From: Nemertoderma westbladi
Taxonomy: Eukaryota; Animalia; Xenacoelomorpha
Direction: 5' to 3'
Assembly: GCA_032718475.1 (NCBI GenBank)
Contig: JAUCBJ010008130.1
Coordinates: 1-64,000 of the forward strand
Length of the DNA: 64,000 nucleotides
In this document: positions 37,720 to 50,717 of the stretch, one piece after another
Layout: each line of letters starts with the position of its first letter
How positions within the stretch are numbered: position 1 is the stretch's first letter
Translations under genes and position numbers: made by a program
Notes under the pieces: model-generated
The model's database searches: none
Told to the model about the DNA's origin: nothing
What the model saw: the letters and a program-made list of their open reading frames with translations, nothing else

Positions 37720-38115
37720 AAATTGAGAATAAAACGCGGCCAACTTCAACTGGTGGAAGTTGGGAATCCTACAATACTCTTCAAACTCTCTCCGTGCTTA
37801 CCAGCACCCACTACGAGGAAACCCTGGTATTTGAGTTAAGACAAAGTCGTGGTCTAATAAATCAACAAACTCGATCTAACCAACTCGTAGTCGGCAGATC
37901 ACATATTTGGAGAGTTGTTAACAGGGAGTGGAAGTATCGATCACACCCATTGATATAATCCAAGTTGAGCCAGGAATCTGGCACTTCGAGGTTGAAGTAC
38001 AAGGAACGAACGTCGGACAATTCAGGATTACCTTTCGGGTGGTCCAGGCTGAGTACAATACCTACGAGGAACTATTTTACGACATCGCACATCTAGCTAT
38101 CAACGAGGCGCTACA

Positions 38116-41100
38116 ATGACAATGAATAACGTATCCGATACCGATGAGATGGACCACCACACAGATTTGGAAGCCGACGAGGTACCGAACGTCAAGAACA
38201 TGGCCCGTCGACTAGGTGCTCTCAAAGGCGGAGTCACTCGAGCGTATCAACGTATAGAGAAGCAACTCAAAGGAGTCGAAACCCCCCTCAACGAGATACA
38301 AACTCAGCTTCAGAGTATCCGAAGTATCTTACAACGATACGAGAGAATGATACAGGCGTACCAAGAACTCATCCCTGCCACTGACCAGGTAAACTACCCC
38401 AAATTGGAAGAACACGTTGCACGCCTAGACGAATTCCGCAAACAACACCGGAGGACCCTCAGCCTCGTGAGAGGCTACGAAGAACAGTACTACAAGAGAG
38501 CTGAAAGAACAGATGCAGAATCGGTGCGAACCTCCAGCACCAGGACAGCAGTACATCGAAAGAGAACAGGGTCCTCTAGAAATCAGCACTCCAGCGCTAG
38601 GAGCACGGTGTCCGGTTCAGCACACAGCTCTCAAGGGGGTCAGTCACTCCGAGACCAGCTACGAGAACAGAAAGCATTAGCCCTCAAAGCTCGGATGGAA
38701 GATGAGTACGTTCAACTGCGAACCGAGCAAGATATATTAGCCGCCAAAATGCAAAAACGGGAGGCCGAACAAGAGGTTGAACGGCAGGCCGAGCAACGTA
38801 GACAGGAGGCTGAACAACGTGAACGAGAGGCCAAACAGGAAGCTGAACAACGTGAACGAGAGGCCAGACAAGAGATCGAACAACGTAAATGGGAAGCAGA
38901 AATGCGTAAACAACACCCCGAGGCCCAAGCGATTCTCACCCACAAAAATGCGGATATTGCGAAACTCGCGGAATACGAAGCCGCACTTATAGAACGAGAT
39001 ATTCAACTATACGAGGACTGGGAAAGGGATATAGATCAGGAATATGAACCAATCCCGGTACCGGAATTAGAGAAGTCATTTACACCAACAGCGGCGAAAC
39101 TTCCGAAACCCGAGATCCCGCCTACCATACAGTCTACATTATCGGCACAAGCACCGGTGTTCCATCCCCCACCGGTTACGCTTAAAAATGAGGAACCATA
39201 TTTCCCATCCAACCCCACGGCAACGAGTGTACCCAAGTACGAGCCTGAAAGGGACTCGGAACGGGACGCCACTCCTCGATCCAACAACCCGTTTACATCC
39301 ACACCACAAACCCGTAGTCGCGTCATCATTAAAACTCCACCTATCATTGATCCATCGAGTATGGGAGAGAGTGCCAATAACTATAACCCTCCGAACCACT
39401 CCAGTTCGGACGACGTCAGCATTATCCGGGCATTGGAAAACCGCCTCTCCATGCCCAAGGTGGAGATCCGCACCTTCGAAGGAGATCCTGTCGATTACCT
39501 CAGATTCAAGAAACGGTTCTTTGCGCAGATTGGATCAACGGACATAGCCGACGCACAGAAACTGGTATATTTATCGCAATACCTGGGTGACAAACCACGC
39601 CGAATCATCGCTTGTTTTGAGGGAGGTTCTCATGAAGCATACAACGACGCATGGAAAACTCTAGACAAAAGATACGGAAATACCGGGACTATAATTAATA
39701 AAACTCTAGAGAAACTGATACGAGACGCGGGATCACTAGGGGACCCACAGAACATCCAGGAATACTCAGATTCCATGAAGGATGCCTACTACACTCTGAA
39801 ACCCTTAAATAAGGAGGACCAGGTGAACAACATTCTAAACCTCCAACAGATCGCCCGGAAGTTCCCCGGATGGCTGCAAAGTAAGTGGGCCTATAAATGC
39901 GTAGATCTCCGGCGCAGACATCCAGATCGAGATCCCAGCTTCCTCGAAATGTCGGCATTCCTGGACGATATCTCCGAAGCCATGAATGACTCGATGTTCT
40001 CGAAACAGAGTCTCGCCAAGTTGGACGCAATAGAGAGCAACTCCAGGAGTAAGACACCCACTCAGAGGCCGAGATTCCGCCCCCCTCCGGTGAGCACGAT
40101 GGCTTTCACCATGGCCGAGGATTCCGACGATGAAGACTACGAGGAACCGACATCAGCCGAGGAATGGGCGTGTTATCTCGTGAATTGGGCACCCGAGAGG
40201 GAAGGCATCACAAACCCCCTTCTCTATCTCTATTGTGGAGAGAAACATAAAGTTGAATTCTGCAGGAAGTTCCAGTTTGCCGAACTCGTCCCACGCTTCG
40301 AGGCGATTATGAAACACCGAGGATGCTTCCGGTGTCTTGGAACAGGTCACTACGTTCGGGATTGCGACCAAAGGTCGTGTTGTGCGGTCTGTAACGACCT
40401 ACGTCATCACACGCTCCTCCACATCCCCGCGAACTTTGACTTCACCACCCTCCCCTTTCGGATTGAAGCCAAGCGAAGAGGAGAAACGAACCACGTTTCT
40501 AAAGGAACCCGGACAACCCAACGGAGAGAAACCAACCCGTTTAAAACCTCCACCGATGCATCACAAGTGACAAATATCTCAGCCACGATCAACCTTATAA
40601 ATCGCCGTTACATGGTCTTCGCCAAAGTAATCCCAGGAAGAATTCAAGGGGTCGGCAAATCCTTGACGACGCTCGCGTTCCTTGATAACGGGTCGGACGG
40701 AACCATCATCGACCGGGATTTCCTCGAGCAACTCGGCCTAGACTATGAACCTTTCCTTCCGGAACACTTCAAACGGCCCATACAAACTATCACCGACCAC
40801 AGAGAGGTAGAATCCGGGGAGGTGCAACTCCAGATGGAAGGGGTAATGAAGGGCTACGAGATGGTTAAGCTGACCATCAAGAACGCCTTAGTACACACAG
40901 ACCTCCGAGTGCGGTTCCGACAATCAGCCGAGTACGCCCCCCTCATACAGCTGGACCGAGACGACGTGGATCTAAGGTGCCCGCCGTTGGATGTAAACCG
41001 CATCACCCTACTGATCGGACTTGATACACCGGAACTACACATACCCACCGGAGACGTCGCCCGATCTATAAAGCAGGATGACGGCTTTTACGCTGAACGA

Positions 41101-43815
41101 ACAATAATGGGATGGACACTCTGCGGCATCAAGGAAGAGACTACCGACACCTATACATACCTTCCTAAATGTCAGATTAAAGAAAATGCAACATCCGTGG
41201 GTTATTGCTCAGCTACAGACCTCGATGAGGATTTATTTCTTGAGACCGAAAAAACCCAGCAAGAGATGACTAAATACTTTAATCTAGAGATCCAAGAGTT
41301 CGCTGAAAAGGATGAAAACCCGTCCGAGGAGGATCAATATTGTATGGATGTCCTGGACCAGGCCACGTTCAATGACGGACACTGGTGTTCACCCATGTTA
41401 TGGAAGGACCCAAGCAAACCAATGGCAAACAACGCCAACATGGCCCTTAGGCGACTTAAGGGGATTCTACGCCGGCTGAATGACCAACCCAAGATAAAGG
41501 AGAAATATAACACCGTAATCAAAGGATATCTCGAGGATGGATTAGCAGAAATGGTACCACGGAATGAACTGCAAGGGGGTAAAAGAACATATTATCTTCC
41601 AACCCACTATGTGGTAGAAGCCCGGAAGGGCGGTAAAATCCGAGTAGTTAATGATGCCGCTGCTATGTACCAAGGCGAATCCCTGAACAGTCAGCTTTAT
41701 ACAGGGCCCAACATATATAGTACACTTATTGGCGTATTTATCAGGTTCAGGGAAAACCGGATAGCATTCACCTGCGACATCAAATCCATGTTTCACCAGG
41801 TTCGTACGCTACCAAGAGACTCAGACTGTCTACGTATCCTATGGACGGATAAAACACTAACTCAACAGGAGATTAGTCAACTTACAATGAAGGATGTAGA
41901 CGTAATGCGTATGATCGTCAGGATCTTTGGCGCTAAGGACTCGCCGGTAGCATGTAGTGACATGCTGAAGAAGACAGCAACCATGTGCGAAAACGAGTTC
42001 CCTCCAACCGTCATAGAAACCATCCGACGATGCTTCTACGTGGACAATGGATGCGCCGGCGCAGATAATGTGGACGAGGCATATCGGCTAGCAATGGGGA
42101 TGGTAGAATGTTTAAAGAAAGGAGGTTTCCCACTCGTGAAGTTCAGATCCCACGACAAAAAACTTATGGAAAAGTTTCCGGAGGACATCCGACTGGACAA
42201 CAACAAAATGTATTCGGAGGATGTGGAACACCGTGTACTCGGTATTGAATGGGACATAGAATCAGACGAATTCATTTTCAAATATAAACCCCTACCCAAG
42301 CCTATGACGAAAAGGCGATGTTTGGCGATAAAAAGCGCAATCTTTGACCCACTAAATTTCATATCTCCGGTAACCTTGGCCGGAATGAACCTGATTAAGG
42401 AAATGTGGATAGAAGGACTGGGATGGGATGAAGAACTCCCCCCACACCTCAGTGTCAAATGGAGAAAATGGACGGAACAGCTCGAACACCTACATCTTAT
42501 GCGGATCCCTCGACCGTTCTTCCTCGATAAACTACCCACCGATATCTTCCAGCTCCATACCTTCTCGGATGCTTCGAATACCGGAATCGGCATAGTCACC
42601 TTCTTACGAAGACTAAGCAGCGATGGAAACGGCGATACGAGCTTTTTATTTTCTAAAGCTAAAACAGTATCCGGGGAATTCATAGCAACGATTCCAAGAC
42701 TCGAGCTACAGGCTGCAGTTTGGGCAGTGAGGCAGAACCGCATGGTCATGCGGAACCTACGAATCCCCATAGAATCTCAACACTTCTGGGTCGATTCGAG
42801 TATCGTTCTCTACTATCTCCACTCTCCATCCCGACGTCACACTACGTTTGTAGCGAACCGAGCCACAGAGATAAAACAGTGTACCGGCCGAGAACAGTGG
42901 CACCACGTAAACGGGAAAGAAAATCCAGCGGACTTATCAAGCCGAGGCGCCACCCCAAAACAACTCGGTAAAAGTAAACTCTGGCTTACAGGCCCAGAAT
43001 TCCTACAGCAGCCACAATTAACATGGAGTACCCGATTCGACCCCGAACTCGATAGCGGAAAATACTCCGAGGACGACAAAGAGATCCGTAAAGTCCATAG
43101 AAGCAACACAGTGGAAATTTATAGTTGTCTGACTGAGCCTGCAAAGGACTCGGGCAGGCACTATAACGTTGCGACGATCATTCAGCCAGCGGCGTCTTTA
43201 CATCTGTTAATCGAGCGAACTTCATCAATGAGACGGCTCATCCACCACGTTATAACCCTTCGCAACTTCCTACGGTGGAAAGACAACAAGCCAATAGTTC
43301 ATCGGAGTATACAAGAACTCATTATCGCGGAGAAGTGTATCATTGGATATGTCCAGAGAGAAAGTTTCCCCGATGAGTGGGAACAACTCAGTGCGGGCAA
43401 GACCTTGAAAACGGACAGCCCAGTCTACCAACTGAGACCAATGATGGGAGAGGACGGACTGATCCGACTGAATACCCGGATGGCAAACGCCCCGGTCGAA
43501 TATGAGGTTAAATACCTGGCGCTTCTGCCCGGAACTTCGACACTAGCCAAGCTATTAATTCAACAATGTCATGAGAAAAACCATCACACAGGACAGAACT
43601 GGATTATAGCTAATATAAGACAAAGATATTGGATCACCCACATCCAGCCACTGATCCGGAAAGTGTTGAAACGTTGCTTTACCTGCAGAAGATATCTAGC
43701 GCCACCACTCACACAAAAGATGGCCGACTTACCAGCCACCCATCTACAGCCCGATTCCCCACCGTTCTACGTCACCGGAGTGGACTGTTTCGGACCGTTT
43801 ACGGTCATCGAATGA
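38116..43815 (+). pseudogene. BEL/Pao gag-pol polyprotein (DUF1759-like gag, Zn knuckle, aspartic protease, RT, Pao RNase H, integrase Zn finger), inactivated
   Basis: FLDNGS, RVVNDAA, DIKSMFHQV, FYVDN (YVDD expected), FSDAS, TIPRLEL, NPADLSSRG. Premature TGA at 43813. Confidence 0.92.
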
Positions 43816-44640
43816 CGATCCAACATCAAATGCTGGGGAGCCATTTTCACCTGCCTTAGGTCTAGAGCAATCTACCTAGACATTGTGGTAAACCTTACGC
43901 AACACGCATTCATCAACGCTCTGCGTATGTTCGTGGCGAACAATGGGACATGTCGTCACATGTACTCCGATAATGGTACAAACTTTGTGGGAGGAGAAAG
44001 ATAACTTAGAGAGGCGATCGAGGAATGGTTTACCGATAACACCGCATCCCAAGTCTGGAAGGAACACCAGATACAGTGGCATTTCCAGACACCATTAGAG
44101 AAACTGATCGACTTAGTAAAACGATCCATAAGCGTCGCACTAGGAGACACCCGGGTAACCCTTGACACCCTCCGCACAACATTCTGCGAGATCACGGCTA
44201 CCCTGAACAACCGGCCCATTGTCCCTATCCGCGACGACCCCACAGACCTGGAGCCCCTCACCCCTAACCACCTACTGGGGAGACCCAAAATTCATGTTCT
44301 CCCAGAGACAATGTTTCCGGATCCCAACGATATCGCGAGACATACAAATTGGAAGAAGGCCCAAGCATTGGCAGCGCATTGGTGGAGAATCTGGGCCCAG
44401 GAGTACCTCATAACCCTCCAGACCAGGAGGAAGTGGAACAACACCTACAGGAACGTCGCAGTTGGCGACATGGTACTAGTGAAAGAAGATCTTAAAGACC
44501 GCATGTGTCCACTGGCCTGTGGCGCAAGTTGTGACAATACACCCGAGCAAAGATGGACTTGCGAGGACTGTGACGATACGAACGGCAAAGGGCCACTACC
44601 AACGCCCTATCCAGAGGCTGTGCCTTCTTGAAGGCAATGA
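43816..44640 (+). pseudogene. Disrupted integrase core and C-terminal DUF5641-like region
   Basis: WGAIFTC, YSDNGTNFVG, LNNRP, LTPNHLL, WAQEYL..LQTRRKW, RPIQRLCLL, spread across stops and frameshifts. Confidence 0.85.
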
Positions 44641-44994
44641 CAGCGGTGACTCTACGAGAGGTGATAAGTTCCCTACTCCGGATCCTGCTGCAGACATTGG
44701 TGACAATGCTAAACCCATGTAAACCCTTCTCATCATGTTGACAAACTCTTTTAAACTGTGATTTATCGACAATGATAATGGACCCCCCTTAAACCAACTG
44801 TAACCACGCAATGGTATTTGTGTTTCCTCGTGTGTTATGTGGAGTCCAGCGTCACCCTGCAGATGTTTCGACTGATGCAGGTTCGTTTATGTATTGTTTA
44901 CCCTGATTTTGGTCATCGGGACCAACGATATTGGATTATTGGAAATGGTAAAGATTTGAAGTGGAATTCATTGTATCCATTGTAGTATGTTATG

Positions 44995-45420
44995 TTGTCC
45001 GTTGCGTGCGCAGTTCGGGGCGTAGGTGGTGTAACTAGTCCAGCTGTAGATCCCGGATTGCCGCGCAACACCCCCTCTATCCCGTTATTCTGGTGGGTCC
45101 ATGGTGCATCCACATGACTTCGACGATAGAGGGTTTTATGTTTCTCAGTCGCGTTATTCTGGTGGGACCATTGCGTGGATTTTGGGGCGTAGGCGGTGTA
45201 ACTAGTCCAGCTGTAGATCCCAGAATGTTGCGTAACCCCATCCCACATGACTTCGTCGACTGAGCTTTATGTTGTTGGGAGTGTTATTCTGGTGGGTCCC
45301 TGGTGCATTCCACGTGACTTCACTTCCAGCGTCTTCATTGTCCGTTATGTGTGCAGTTTGGGGCGTAGGCGGTGTAACTAGCCCAGCTGTAGATCCCAGA
45401 TTGCCGCGTAACACCCCTTC
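44995..45420. repeat. Shuffled ~170-bp direct repeats between pol and the accessory gene
   Basis: ggggcgtagg(c/t)ggtgtaactag(t/c)ccagctgtagatccc occurs 3 times (~45017, 45184, 45360); gttattctggtggg occurs 3 times. Confidence 0.8.
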
Positions 45421-45983
45421 CATGACAAAGATTTCCCAAAGAAGATGATTGAATGTAGTTGGAAATGATGAAAAGAATCAGACAACCTTACTATAAACCG
45501 AATGGTGACACGTATGATGATGAAAATGAAATGATGCGCACCCTGGTGCTGCGCTTATAACAAATGATGATAGCCTGGGGGCTATAACCCCAATGATAAT
45601 GTGGAAATAAATGAAAATGTGAAATAAATATGATGAAATGTGGAACTAAATGATGAAATGTGTTGAAATAAATGAAATGTGAAATGAAATAATAATGAGA
45701 AATGAAAAAAGACAAAAGACAAAAAAAAGTACAAAATGTCTAAAGAAAAGAATTGGAAAAAAAAGGACATAAAAAGTCATAAAAACTGGTTGGATATTAA
45801 TGTATAGCTATAGTAACTGTAAATGCTGAATGTATTAGCAATAAGATGATGGATGCCTATATAGCAATGTTATTTCATAAACTGAATTAAAAATAAACTG
45901 AATTATTCTGCAATCACTATAGTTTCAGACTTTCTGGATTTATAATTAACTGATATAATTTTGCAACGGACATAATTGTAAAT

Positions 45984-48900
45984 ATGGACCCAAATCGCCA
46001 AATTATCGGCGAATTACGTAATACGATAGATCTACTGGAATATCCACAACCTGGATCCCCTAACTTTGATACAAATTGGAGCACCCTGATAAACGAGAAT
46101 GTGCGAGTCGTCAAATTCTGCGGGCGAGAGGGACCGGATTCCCGGAATCTACGAGCCCTCCGGTTGTCCGATGCTAGTACGAGACTGAAAAGAACTCGGA
46201 ACGCAAAGGCTACCGGAGGGGATGAGTTGTCATATTGGGAAACGTTTCGGCAAAGCGTCTACAGATCCCGATGTTTGATATACGACAACGAGGGAAATGC
46301 GACGCCCACCTCGAAAGCGATGACGTTGGCGCGATGTCAAAGTTTCGTCGACGACAAGAGTACGTACCTCACACACTGGGGAAACCTGTCGGAGTGTACG
46401 GCGACGCTATGAGAGGAACGTATATCGATCATCCAGAATCGCGACGACTACCAGGAAAAGTACGGGGCGAGGAGTTCCAGTACTCCTCTATGGGAGTCCA
46501 TGCTGGGCTCTAACTGCTGAGGACACCAAATCTCTGGATGGCACATTCACAAGAATGCTACGCCGGGTTCATTGTGTCAAGTACAATGCACACATCTCCA
46601 ACCAGACACTATATAACATTGGAGGTGTCTCATTGATTCCCCCAAGCTTGACACTAGAACAAAATCGCCTCCGCTTTGCAGGACATTGCTTTCGCCGTGA
46701 GGACCAGCCAGTGCATAATCTTGTACTTTGGCAGCCTCATGGAGTGAATAAGCATGGTGGACAGCCCATGACTTTCTTGAGACGCATCTTAAAGGACACT
46801 GGCCTTAAAGATGCGCATGATCTAGCAAATGTCATGGGTGATAGGGAGTTGTGGCGGTGCAATTTTGTTGACAAGCCGGCACAGCATTCTTAAAAATGCA
46901 GCTGCAATGCAGCATGCCGATCCTAGTACGGGGCGAAAGAATACGGTCGATCCTTGGTCGTCGTCCTCGGAACCCTGGACGGTTTGGTATTGGTGTGTCG
47001 AATATTCCCGACACCCAGACAGGAAGTGCAGGCAGCCGGAGCGATCTGGGTACTACCTCCGGAAATCCAAAGGATCCTCTTCGACTTCGACGTCATTAAA
47101 ATCGGGTCGGATATAAAGGCGGACGTCCGGAACGACTACGCGAACGCTCCTTTAGGAAGAGATCGACGAGACGACCTCAACGCCCTTAGCCATTGCGTCG
47201 ACACTCAAACGCTATTAGCCTGGTTACGATTCGCCGAGTTCATGCGAGGATTCCGAGAGGTGAGACCGACGAAATCCGGGATCGGCTACCTCGCTGTGCT
47301 AAACGGCGGCATCGACTTCAAACCTCAGAAACTCCGGGATTATAATAAAAAATATGGTGGATACCCGGGATTAGAAATAAAGAGCGAGCGAGAGGGTCGA
47401 TGAAGGACCTGGAGAGAAAGTGGACGATACACCAAAGGTGGGAGAATCCGGATCGACGGAACTACATCTACATCGTTATGGAATCATACACCGTCGCTAA
47501 GTTTATCTGTAAAACCCTCGATAACCTCATTACGGCGGTTCCTCTTTCCTTCGTCGACTACGACTGGAACGAGGTTATAAACCACGTGTTCAAAGCGGTC
47601 GAGAATATTACACCAGGAGAGACGAAAACACTCGCCGTTATCGATTCCTGGGACGAGAACGGACCTTACAACATCCCTACGATTACCGATCTTCTCGGTG
47701 CTGAGGAGCCTCTGATTTCCTCGGAAGGGGAAGAGCTATGTCTACATGAGGGCGTTCTACTGTCTACCCCAAAGCGACCACTCGAACCGGAAGCTGCATA
47801 CGAACCGGCCGCCAAACGGGTTGCCTCGGCCGAACCTGCGACGGAAGCAGGTGCTTCCACCCCACTCGGCTCCGGTAGCTCTGCGAGGGAGTTAATCACC
47901 ACCTCCGCGTTGAGCGACTTCGGCGATATATGCCAAAGGTTATCCCCATATCCTTTCCCGGGTGGCGAAGACTGGTCTTCGGAGATTCCGAGTACCAGCA
48001 ACCAACGGTCCCGCTCAGCGATACTGGTTGAAAAGGGTCCCAGCGCTGCGCCGACTCCCGACGATCTCTTCGGAATCCCTCCGTCGAAAACCCCGGCACC
48101 TCTTCACCGACCAGCGGTGGTAACTATACCCTCCGTTCCTCAGGATCCTATGCGACTAACCCGTTGGTACGCCGAGCAAACCGAATGGATCCACCGCCAG
48201 AAATGGTCGTCCGAGTTGAGACCGGCAGGACATAAAGAAGGTTATCGGAGCGAGGACCTACTGCACAAAAGCCCAGCCTTCCGCGGGCTACCAGCCACCG
48301 CGAATATTCAGAAGAGTGACCGACGACTCGAGTATTACGTCGGCGTCCCGATTCCGATATTCCCCGGTCGAGAGATGCAGTTGGAGGTGTGCGGTAACTG
48401 CGGTTCAGAGCAGTGCCCACGCGGTAGAAGAAATCGGGTTACCGATTCGTGCCTCCAGCTCCTCGGGATACGTTATTGCCCATACTGCGCGACATCGGGC
48501 CACGACGTTTCCGTCTGTCCGATCCTATATAAACTCTGCACTACGTGCGGTTTCCGTGGACATTCCGCTAGCCCCCGCTGCTATATCAAATGTCCTACCA
48601 AAGATGTTACCGCTATGGGAAATATGGTCATGTTTGAAACATACGCAAACAGCCACATAAGGACCAAAGCGCGGAGAAACGCTGGGAATATCGCGCAGGA
48701 GATGGCGTGCGGGTATTTTTCCTTCCCGGAGCGCCTACATACGACGGCAATGCTACCTTTCCATTACGTGGATCTGTTGCTTAGTGCCGGATTATTCGGC
48801 CCATTCGAAGTCCTTAGACGCTTATACTCATATAAAGAGGAGTTCGGTGACGGAGAGTGGTTCCTTGAGGCTCGCAACTCCGAGTTGGAACGACGAACCG

Positions 48901-49049
48901 ATATGATCCCATTGCCATCGAAAGGAAGAGCCGCCAGGAGACAAGCCGAAGCGTTGCTCACGATGGATGTTGACGCTCCCCTACCAGCTCTAGCGATCGA
49001 CGAGAGTCGACGGGCGAAGAGGAGAAAGGCGTATCAGAGAAAGAAATAG
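45984..49049 (+). pseudogene. Accessory gene of the BEL element: DEDDy 3'-5' exonuclease-like domain, Pro/Ser-rich linker, CCHC zinc knuckles (split by an RTE insertion, one TGA and one frame change)
   Basis: ExoI-like CLIYDNEG (46284-46292). ExoII-like LPPEIQRILFDFDVIKIGSDIKAD. ExoIII-like NYIYIVMESY. Knuckles CPYCATSGHDVSVC and CTTCGFRGHSASPRC. Confidence 0.7.
46471..46924 (+). mobile_element. 5'-truncated RTE LINE inserted in the accessory gene, 12-bp TSD
   Basis: TSD agtacggggcga at 46459-46470 and 46925-46936; near-identical to the copy at 22261-22822. Confidence 0.93.
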
Positions 49050-49227
49050 TGGACCGGGATACTCTAGGAACATTTATTGAACATTTATTTTTATACATAT
49101 ACATATATGAACTCTAGGCCAAATTAATCAAGACTATGCAATATTAAAAATTTGGGTTTTTTTATATGGAAATGACCTACGCAAACTCAATCTACCGATA
49201 GACCTCACGAAGGTCATTGGGGGGGAC

Positions 49228-50717
49228 TGTTCGCGGTATTTCAACTTTTCATAATGCGAGTTGAATATTTTTTGTATTTATTTAAAATGATTATTCCAAT
49301 ATCACTACTGGGTGCAGGACTATGGGTTTTGGGCACACTCAATGAACTGGGGGCGATTTATGGGCGAACATTGGGGCGACTTACAGGGTACGGGACTCAT
49401 TTCAGGTTTATAAGGGCCAGGGGTGGGAGGCAAAATTAAGCAGTATTCAGGTTTGCCTGAGTACTATTAGGCCTAGCCAACTTCCTGCTGCCTGTAGAGG
49501 TGGATTTGGTAACTCGCTAGGTCTAAAGGACAATGACTGCCCTTAGCAGTCCCTGGCCAACAGCAGTTAATACGAGCCTGAAAAGGAAATCGGAAAGTCT
49601 GCTGCTTGTGTCAGGGATTTGCGACGGAAAACGACAGCCCCCTTAGCCAAGCCGTACTGGTTCTCGATGACTGATCCCTTCGGGGTTCGCGAGGGGTGGG
49701 ACGGACACGCGAAAGGGCGGCCAACTAACAGAGGAAGGGTTTGACGAGGACTGCCCTTAGCGGTCTCTGGTCAACAGCAGTTATTACGAGCCTGAAAAGG
49801 ACATCGGAAAGTCTGCTGCTTGTGCCAGGGATTAGCGACGGGAACCGACGACAGACCCCTTAGCCAAGCCGTACTGGTTCTCGATGATCGTTCCCTTCGG
49901 GGTTCGTGAGGGGTGGGACGGACACGCGACGGGGTCGAAAGACAGAGGACTGGACTCTACTGGCCTACCGACTGTTCGGAGCAGTTTCTCGGCTGCCGAA
50001 GCAACTACGAGCCTGAATAAGGACTCGGAAAGCCTAGGTGGTTGGGTCTCTGCAATGAACCGACGGACCCCTAGCCAAGCCGTACTGGTTCTCAATGATC
50101 GTTCCCTTCGGGGCTTGTGAGGGGTGGGACGGACACACGAACGGGTCCACCGACACGACAGACTCCTAGCCAAGCCGTACTGGTTCTCGATGACCGATCC
50201 CTTCGGGGTTCGAGAGGGGTGGTACGGATACGCGACAGAGTCTACCGACTGGACCGACCCTTAGCCAAGCCGTACTGGTTCTCGATGATCGATCCCTTCG
50301 GGGTTCGGGAGGGGTGGGACGGACACGCGACAGGGTCGACCGACACCGACACTACGGCACCAAGACTAGGACCGAGGGAAAATCTGGGGAACATTAGTTA
50401 GGCTAAAATCTGAGCGAACAGTGGGTAATTAAATAATTTACTGTAGGGATTTATATTGTCGTGTATTATTATTGTGAATAATTTGGTGTATATTGATTTG
50501 GGGAAGCCCAATTTATTCTCAATCAAGGTTCAACTGTAGGGAAGTTACATTAAAGCGTATATCCAACCAATGCAGCTTTTTCTCAACCGCAATCTTGCAT
50601 TTAAGAACATTCCTTCTCCACAATCAATATCCGGTGACTGGCCGGGATTCCGTGGTCTGTAAAATTCCGCCTCCAGCATCGGCGTTTTCCCCCATGGTGT
50701 CGGGAATAACGGCAACA
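49228..50717 (+). repeat. 3' LTR (1490 bp), preceded by a polypurine tract
   Basis: ggggggga c|tgttcgcggt...ggcaaca|tatgt. Confidence 0.95.

Larger units (their letters stand above)
36231..50717 (+). mobile_element. BEL/Pao LTR retrotransposon (14.5 kb) with an extra 3' gene
   Basis: TGT...ACA LTRs, 5-bp TSD TATGT (36226-36230, 50718-50722), PPT 49219-49226, gag-pol with Pao motifs. Confidence 0.95.

Noticed and set aside
47400-49049. Env glycoprotein
   Set aside because: No signal peptide or transmembrane segment; it has zinc knuckles and a basic tail instead.
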